From the human T2T-CHM13v2.0 reference genome, Homo sapiens, in NCBI RefSeq assembly GCF_009914755.1, contig NC_060941.1: a stretch of 64,000 bases of DNA; one strand, written 5' to 3'. Numbering within the stretch: position 1 is the stretch's first letter; each line of letters begins with the position of its first letter. This document shows, one piece after another, positions 18,439 to 64,000 of this stretch. Below the pieces are notes generated by a model. That model did no database searches and was not told where the DNA came from. It saw only the letters and a list, made by a program, of their open reading frames with translations. The position numbers and the translations under genes are program-made.

Positions 18439-20904
18439 TAAAATTTTTTATGACTTACACAGACAATTTCTGATGTGCCTCAACTTGCTGACTTGTTGTA
18501 AACATTCCTTTCTTTAAACAACCAGTTAATTTACTTCAGGACAAGAATTTACCATATAAGATTCTTTTTTATATAAATTACCTTTTCTTTAATTTCAAGA
18601 TTAGAAGTTAGGTATTTCACTAAACAGTTCAAGGTGTAGCTATCTTTATTAAACCAATATTAATGTTCCTTTATCAAAAAATTACACAAGCAAAGATTAT
18701 TCTGTTTGGGCTGAGTTACAGTTTTATAGCCTCTATGCCAAATTTTGACACCTTATAGCATTTGGCAGAGATAAGTATGAAATTGCTTGATTAATAAATG
18801 CAAACAAAAATGTATCCTGGCAACTCTTAAGACATTTCTAATCTTACTGTACCAGTAAGTTTTAAAGATTAAAGTCATGTGAACTGAAGGTCCCACAACT
18901 TTTACTTTGTCCTTAAAAATGTTTAAGTGCTTATTTTTCTTAGGCCAATTAATTAGAGCTTTTAAAATAGATATTGCACACATAACACATATATAGCCAC
19001 ACAGACAACCAGAAGAAGATCCAGTAATTATAAGATTTAAAAAAAAAAATTTCCCTATTGGATTAATGGCCTTCTGGTGAGGCCCTTTAAAAACAGGACT
19101 AGGAAAACAGTTTCCAGGGCCTAATAAACAAGCATAGCTGGAAGACAAAGACAGATTTTGAGAAGCACTTATTCACCTCTAATTCTAGGGGTTCCATAAG
19201 GAAAACAGATTTTTCCCAAAACGGGATTCATGGTGCCTTTTTGTTTTCCCAAGGAGTCCCAGGCCACCAGAAGTCATTTTAGGGTCTTTCATATATGCAC
19301 CAAGAATGGCAAGACAGAGTGGAGAAAAGTAATTCAGTTGATTGGGAGAAAACCTTTCCTAGGAAAATAAGATTTATGAAGAGACAAAACATAAAGGCCT
19401 TTTGAATATACTCATAGCTTGGATATCCATTTTAATTAAGCTGAGCACTCTTTTTTTTATCAGGGGTGAGGGTGAAGGTTAGAATTATATAAATGTCAGG
19501 CCAGGTTAAAGGATTGGGTTATGTGCGGGAATTCCCTGCGGTAATGAGAGGGATTTTCATAGAAAGATCCTAGGTATGTTTGATTTGCAACAAATCAGAC
19601 ATGGAGAAAGGGCATAAACACAAGCAATGCCTTCACCCCCAGCCACTTTCCAGAGAGGGAGAATGGCAGAGATGATTTGACTGGATGGAGCAGTTTTTGA
19701 ACGGGTCACAGGTGGAGAAGGAGGGGAAGCGGGGTTTGGGGCTGAAGGCTTGCGGGCAGGAGGGGCCGCCAGGGCAGAGGGTTCAGATGGGTGAGGAGCA
19801 GATGCAGAGGGATGAGAATGCAGAGGGGGTTCATCTGCAGGGTCAAAAGGAGTTTTGGAGGAAGGAGTTTTGAAGGAAGGAGTTTCAGGGGAAGGAGAGA
19901 CCTGGGGAAGGTTTTCATTAAGAAGGATTTCATGAAGGGTGCAAGCTTGAGACAGAGAGGGTCGGGATCTAAAGTAGAAGAAAGCCTGGCCTGAATAGAG
20001 AGAACCTCTTGGCGTTTGCCATTCCTGGTTATAAAGTTGTCATTGTCCCTGAGAATTTGAAAGTAAAAGGTGCCATATTTGGGCCTTCGGCTCGAAATTT
20101 TAACTTGCCATTATTTAATTTGTACCCGGGCCAGGCCATGTTGCAATAAAAATCTGAACACTTTGGCTTTATATTTCCTGTAAGCCAAGTTGGTGAGGTT
20201 GTGAAGGAGACAGCCCAGTGGAGAGGATGTGGGAATGCAGGATTGTTTGGTACCCATGTGGACTGGTAAGAGGAAGCCAAGGGTGTCTGTTTTAGTTCTA
20301 GGCATCCCCAGTCAAAAGGCAGAGACCCAGAATCCTCTTTATAAAGAGGATGGTCAAGTTGAGAAGAAACTGGGCATCCCCAAGATTTCTTCTAGCTTAG
20401 TCCCACTGGTTCTCTGAAGACCGGGATGGCAGACCTGACTGTCCCGAGTACCATGAGAAAGAAAGGGGAAGGCAGATCTTACCAGTTAGCTGGATTAGTG
20501 TCTGATGTTGGATGTTCCAGCTGGAATTGGCAAAGGGCCTCTTGGACTGGAGCCACAAGAAGTGGGGTGGTGGGGAGAGAAAGAGAGAGACAGAGAGAGA
20601 GAGAGAGAGATAGAGAGGAGGATGAGGGAGGAGGAGGGGAGAAAGCGAAATACCTGATACCCATTGCAGGCAGTCAGAGGTGGATTCCTGAGACCTGAGG
20701 GTTTTGAGGGCTCACTGGAGAGTAGCCCCAGCCCGAGCCTTGCAGGCCCTTTCAGGTTAGTTGTCCTCCTCATGCAAATTGCTCAAAAAGTAAAGTGAGA
20801 GACAAGATGGGATGGGTGGCCAGAGACTCTCAGGATCCAGTGGGATGAGCAGCTGCTGTCCACTGCTTCCTTGGTTGCAAGAGAGCCTCTATCCCCAACA
20901 CCCA

Positions 20905-20922
20905 TCCTGGCTTTCAGCACCA
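20905..20922 (-). other. Primer binding site, tRNA-Phe
   Basis: Minus strand reads TGGTGCTGAAAGCCAGGA 2 nt after the 5' LTR, versus the tRNA-Phe complement TGGTGCCGAAACCCGGGA (3 mismatches, 2 at CpG). Confidence 0.8.
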
Positions 20923-20924
20923 AA

Positions 20925-21364
20925 TGTAAGAGTTAAAGAAAGAGGAAAGAAACACAAAAAGTGGCTCAACAGTCAAAGGTTTATTTTGGAGAATAAACCT
21001 GAGAGGGGCTTCTGGCCGATTTTTTGGTCAGAAGCATTCTGTCTTACAGACTAGGAGTATTTATTGGTTTTAGGGTGAGACAGCTTATCACAAGCTTGGA
21101 ATATTTCTGTGTGTGGGGGGAAGTTTATTGCAGGGTTGGAATGTCTCTGGTCAGAGGAGAGGTTATCTCAGGGCTGGCATGTCTCTGGTTGGGGAGGGAT
21201 TTATCTTATGGTTGGAATGTTTCTGGTCCGAGATGTCATTTGTGGTTTATGGTCATGCTAACCTTAGCCATTAGGCTGATGCCCTTTGGATTTAGGTGGT
21301 TTTTGATCAAGGTGAACTTTAAAATGGTGGTGCTTGTCCAAGATGGTGATGCTCCTGTCTGTCA
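20925..21364 (-). repeat. 5' LTR (MER61-like)
   Basis: Second LTR copy, adjacent to the PBS; TG...CA termini; TSD on the outer side. Confidence 0.85.
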
Positions 21365-21671
21365 CTCAGGGTAGCAGCAGGGCAGCTGCTTGGCTGTGGT
21401 CTAGACAGTCAGGGACCACAGCTAGCTCTGCCAGGCAGAAACCCTGATCAAGCTGAAAAAGAGTAAATATTCTCCTTTAATCCACTCTGCCTTCCTGCAG
21501 TCATCCCTAGAGCAGGGAGAGAGGATCTACAACCATAGAGGGTTCACCTTGGAACCACAATCACCAATCACAACACTAATGTGAAGCAAGAGTTATGCCT
21601 GAACTATCCTCTTCCCTGCTTCCAAACCACAGATCTGATGGAAAAGAGCTTTCCTACTTAAATAGAGCTGG

Positions 21672-22374
<703 letters not shown>

Positions 22375-24195
22375 GCTGGTGATACAGGGGGTTTGAGGGA
22401 GCCAGCACTGGCTTTAGAGACACAACTCCTAGGTGAAAATCCTAGCCCCATTACTGGCCACATAAGCTTGAATGAGTCATGAAAGATCTCATAGGCTCAG
22501 TCTTCACATCTGAGAAGTGCCTGACAGTGTTATTACAAGAGCTGAATGAAGGACGGGAATGAATATGGAAGCTCTTTGTAAGCAAGGAGGTGTTATACAA
22601 ATGTCTTTTTTTACCCCCCTACATGCACGTAGTCGGTACAACACTTTTCTGATTGGTCTTGTCAAAGAGGATCTCTTTTCCAGTCTGGAGCTAGAAAATA
22701 GTTACCTACATTTGTTACATTAAAACTCCCTTCTGAGAGACTCCCTTTCTCTGCTGGCTGCCAAGGAGCTCAGACCTGAACTTGGGACTCACCTGCATCA
22801 AAGTTGTAGATCACGCTGGCATTTCCTTCTACTCTTTTCCAAGACTCACTTTCCCAGACTCCGAAAAAAAAAAAAAAAAAAAAAAAAAAAGCACTGGCCA
22901 TTTTTCTTTTTTTCCCTTTTTTTGAGATGGAGTCACTCTCTGTCACCTAGACTGGAGTGCAGTGCCATGATCCCGGCTCACTGCAACCTCTGCCACCTGG
23001 GTTCAAGAGATTCTCGTGTTCTCGTGCCTTAGCCTCCCAAGTAGCTGGGATTACAGGTGTGTGCAATCACCCCGGGCTAATTTTTGTATTTTTAGTAGAG
23101 ATGGGGTTTCACTATGTTGCCCAGGCTGGTCTCAAACTCCTGGCCTCAAGTGATCCACTTGCCTCAGTTTCCCAAAGTGCTGGGATTACACACATGAGAC
23201 ACCGCACCCGGCCCCATTTTGCATGCATTTTGCACGCCATATTTAAAGATTCTTGCCGGTCGTGGTGGCTCACACCCGTAATCCTAGCACTTTGGGAGGC
23301 CGAGACAGGACGATTGCTTGAGCTTAGGAGTTCAAGGCCAGCCTGGGCAACAGAGTGAGACCTCCTCTCTACAAATTATTATTATTATTTTTTAATTAGC
23401 CAGGTGCGGTCGTGGGTGCCTGTAGTCCTAGCTACTCGGATGGCTGAGGTGGGAGAATCATTTGAGCGCTGGAGGTCGAGGCTATGAGCTATGATTACAC
23501 TATTGCACTCCAGGCTGGGTGACAGTTTCAAAAAATAAATTCTTGTATTTGTGGCAGCTGGGTCATTAGAATACAATATAATCATGCGTGAGAGGAGCCA
23601 TGGGAAACACTGAGCCTGGCTTATGAAAAAGGTCCTGCAAATCTAATTTCATCTGAAGTTCAACAGACTCTTTCTTCCAGGCACACAGGCGTTATGTGGC
23701 CGCACGGGTCCCTGCCCGTTAGAAGGATTCAGCCACACCCCAGCTTTCCAGTTCCTGGGGTCTTTTGCCAGGACAGTAGGTGTGGAGTGCGTGGTGAAGT
23801 GGAGGGTGGAGGTGGGACCAAGGCCGAATTTAGGGACCCCCAGCATGAGCTGCGGGTGGGTCAAGGCCGCGAGGTTGGAGGGCACGGGGACACAGCATAG
23901 CGAGGAAGGAACGGTAGGGACCGTGGTGATAGACTAGGGGTGGACGCGGGGATTGTGTTTTTCTTTAAGCGGGAGAGAGAAGCCCGATCACCGGCAGCGG
24001 AGGAGAAAAGTCCAGGGTAGAGATGGGGGCGCTGGTGTGGGGGCGGTCAGGAGAGAAGGGCGGGGGCCGTCCCAAGCGTCCTGCACCTGCCCTACTCGCC
24101 GAGAATTTGCCCGGGTCGGTGCCAGGGCGGGGCAGTCGGCGGCCTGGCTGCTAGGCTCCGTGACATCCGGCAGTCTGAGGGCGGCGGGATTCGGG

Positions 24196-60817
<36,622 letters not shown>

Positions 60818-61733
60818 AGGTGTGAGGGCATAGGAGAAACACTAGGCTGGCTGGTTATGGTATCTATAGCAGGCCACCAAAAACTGGACTCCTGATAGGT
60901 GAACGTTGTACCAAACCAGCTGGTGGGTAGGGAAAAGGGAAATGGCTCAGTTACTGGAAGTACCAATCAAAGGTGAAGGGTCACTGGAAATGAACCAGTC
61001 ACTGACCAGGGCAATGGAGACTGTATTAATAGCAATGATGATTTGTACAATGCCCTGCCTTTTTTGAAGCATTTGCATGGGCAGTATCTCACATCATCTC
61101 ATCTGATATCACACAAAGATGACATTGGTTGGTGTCCTCAGTCAAAAGAACAGCTGCCTGGTCCTTGATAGTTGTTTGGTGGAAATTCTGTCACAGTCAG
61201 AAGCATCGGATCCAGCATCACTGTCATCCCTATATTTTTATTAGGTTCTATCTTGTAGACTCAAAAAATGTGAACATTCCAGGGTCCTTGCCTTGAGGAG
61301 GTTTGCAGCCTGGTTCAGTTCAGTCCAATCACAGAATTAGGCAGCCGGGGTCAGAGGATCAGAGAAGGGAAGGGGTCACCAGGTCCCAGGTGGTGGAGGA
61401 AGACTCCGTGGAGTGAACTTGTTAGGAGCCTGAAAGCAGACATTCAGGCATCAGAGAGGGTAGGAGGGCCCTGGGGCCATCCCACTGTCCACCAGAACAA
61501 AGGCTGCCCTGGCATCAGACTCACTCCAGACCTGTTCCAGAATGCCAGGGATTGAACTCAGAGCCCATGCCAAGGCATGATGGTGAACAGACAGTGTGAG
61601 TGTGGTGACAAGCCACTAAACTCCAGGGACCTGAGGCCAGTTGCTGGTCACTCAAAACTCATGTCATTTACAGAGTGGTTCCATCACTCTGTTGTTGGAT
61701 AAGCCTCTTTCTGTTGCCTGGGGGTTGGCAGAT

Positions 61734-62242
61734 TGCCGAGACCAGCTTGGTCATGGAGACCCTAACCCAGTGGTGCTAGAGGAATTAAAGACACACACAT
61801 AGAAATATAGAGTGTGGAGTGGGAAATCAGGGGACTCACAGACTTCAGAGCTGAGAGCCCTGAACGGAGTTTGACCCACATATTTATTGACAGCAAGCCA
61901 GTGATAAGCATTGTTTCTATAGATTATAGATAAACTAAAAGTATTCCTTACAGGAAACAAAGGGATGGGCCGAAACAAAGGGATGGGCTCTGGCTAGTTA
62001 TCTGCAGCAGGAACATGTCCTTAAAGCACAGATAGCTCATACTATTATTTGTGGCTTAGGAATGCTTTAAGCGGTTTTCCACCCTGGGTGGGCCAGGTGT
62101 TCCTTGCCCTTATTCTGATAAACCCACAACCTTCAGTTTGGGCATCATGGCCATCATGAACATGTCACAGTACTGCAGAGATTTTGTTTATGGCCAGTTT
62201 TGGGGCCAGTTTATGGCCAGATTTGGGGGCCTGTTCCCAACA
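61734..62242 (-). repeat. MER9 3' LTR of a HERV-K(HML-3) provirus
   Basis: Minus strand TGTTGGGAACAGGCCCCCAAATCTGGCCATAAAC...TCTCGGCA (509 bp), preceded by the polypurine tract AAAAAGGGGAACG. Confidence 0.88.
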
Positions 62243-64000
62243 CGTTCCCCTTTTTGTTTTCCAAAGTGATAAAAGCAAAGGCAGCTTTGTCATGGTGAGC
62301 TAATTCTCACAGGAGTCAGGATCCGCACCTGCAGACTATACAAAGACAAACAACACAGATTAAAAGCACAATCATCATTGAAATCACAGAGCTTCCAAGT
62401 GTCTTTATCCACTTTAATGGGTTAATATCTGCTAATCTGTCTGCAGCTCCTTCAAGCACTCCAGTTCCTGGCATTAAGGTCAAGTGTGCCTGGGATGCTT
62501 TAAATATTTGTTCTTTTAATTTTGCAATATGCAAAGACAAGTTTGTAGAGTGTCCTTCTAGATGCTTTTTTATTCTTTCCCAAATTTTGATCTTATTAAC
62601 AGACATTAATAGTTTCCACAAATCCTTATGTTTAGCTTCTACAGTGGACCATATCATTTGAGGTTGAGGTGCCACTATACCGCCACGTTTCCAGATAATG
62701 GGAACTCTTGCTGTATTTCTTACCATTTCTACCATCTGACTGTTTTGTTTAGACCAGCTGAACATAGTGTGGCTGTGGCACACAGACTGAGAGGTGTAAT
62801 TTAAGCTAAACATCCCCTTAGGGGACCAATCAATAATGATTCCATAGGAATCGTTGTGCAGCACCTCTACCTGTTCTGCAATGCAATCTTCCCAAACAAG
62901 TACATTCATTATTTCTGGCCAGGTCTAATTCTATTTACAAATAGGTTTTGAGCTGCCTTTGCTTTGCCTCAATTATAGGAGCAGATTTATTATGGTAAAT
63001 ATTAAGAGCAGAAAGCATGTGTAACTGTGTCACACAGTGATTACATCCAGGCATTATTGCCAGCCAAGATTGATAAATATGCCCAATAAGTATAACTGTT
63101 CTCTGTGTTGTTCCTTGTTGAAGGAATACTCATGGCAATGGTGATCACCACTATCATATCTATCATTAAATTACTCATTGTGACTGGTTGTCCCACTTTC
63201 CTCAGGTTTTCTTCCACCATCTGTGACAGCTTCTTGATCTGTCCCCAGGTAGGTGGCTGTGTTCGACAGCTGTTGCTCATGATAGTTGGGGTCCTCCTCA
63301 GCATCAGTCTTGACATGGCTGCAACCAGGGGATCCTCGGGATCCTCCTGGAATCTCTTCCTCAGCATCTGGCTCGTGGCAAGGTTTCAGGTGTCTTGATG
63401 GCACCCAAATTGGCTATTGATTCGGTCCTGGAGAAACACAAGCATAACCTCTACCCCAAGTTATTATTTTACCTATTTCCCAACTTTTTGTTATTGTATC
63501 TCTCCACCAAACCAGTTGTTCTGCTTCTGTCTTTGCAGCTGGTTTCTGTAGATGCTGTTCAGCTGCTGGCCTTTAAGCAGGCTCAAAAAATTTAAAGTCA
63601 ATAATGCTAGAATCAATTGCATATGGGGTGTCCCGTAGTCCCTGCTTCTCCCCTTTTGCTTTTGCAACTGCTGTTTCAGGGAGAGATTCATTCTTTCTAC
63701 TATGGCTTGTCCTTGAGAATTATATGGGATGCCAGTAATGTGTTTAATATTCCATATAGAGAAAAATGTAGCTAGAGCTTGGCTAGTATAGCCTGGGGCA
63801 TTATCTGTTTTAATAGAAGCTGGAATGCCCATCACCGCAAAACACTGCAAAAGGTGACGTTTAACACAGGCAGAAGACTCTCCTGATTGGCATGTAGCCC
63901 AGACAAAGTGAGAAAAGGTGTCCACACATACATGTACATAAGCTAGTCTCCCAAACGAGGGAACATGTGTGACATCCATTTGCCAAAGAGAATTAGGTTC
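62243..64000 (-). mobile_element. HERV-K(HML-3)/HERVK9 internal region (integrase and deleted env), continues beyond the window
   Basis: Betaretroviral integrase (ORF 63491-63979: MDVTH, KTDN, IVER), env leader PPTWGQIKKL (63041-63367), SU/TM ORF 62316-62909. Confidence 0.9.

Overview
Human genomic DNA (Alu-, SVA- and ERV-rich) containing the complete coding region of B4GALNT2, the Sda/Cad beta-1,4-GalNAc transferase (SID blood group; 17q21 from memory), on the + strand. It has a CpG-island promoter (~23.8-24.8 kb), alternative first exons 1S (MTSGG...) and 1L (long cytoplasmic tail), and exons 2-11. I traced these by hand: all introns are GT-AG with consistent phases, giving 506 aa and 566 aa products and a stop at 60815-60817. 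Upstream lie a decayed class I ERV (1-7.6 kb, minus), a two-LTR tRNA-Phe-primed MER61-like provirus (13266-21364, minus) carrying an SVA, and a solo LTR. The introns hold an RPS10 processed pseudogene, a truncated HERV-L, a second SVA and roughly 60 Alus. A HERV-K(HML-3)/MER9 provirus starts ~0.9 kb after the stop codon on the minus strand. I see no convincing new biological system. The most unusual items are a templated inverted duplication of unique sequence inside an intron-1 Alu, a stop-free in-frame exon 2-3 circle flanked by inverted Alus, probable antisense read-through of the 3'UTR into a provirus with an in-frame SU-TM env fusion, and several datable nested insertions. Repeat family names come from memory of consensus sequences and need RepeatMasker/Dfam confirmation.
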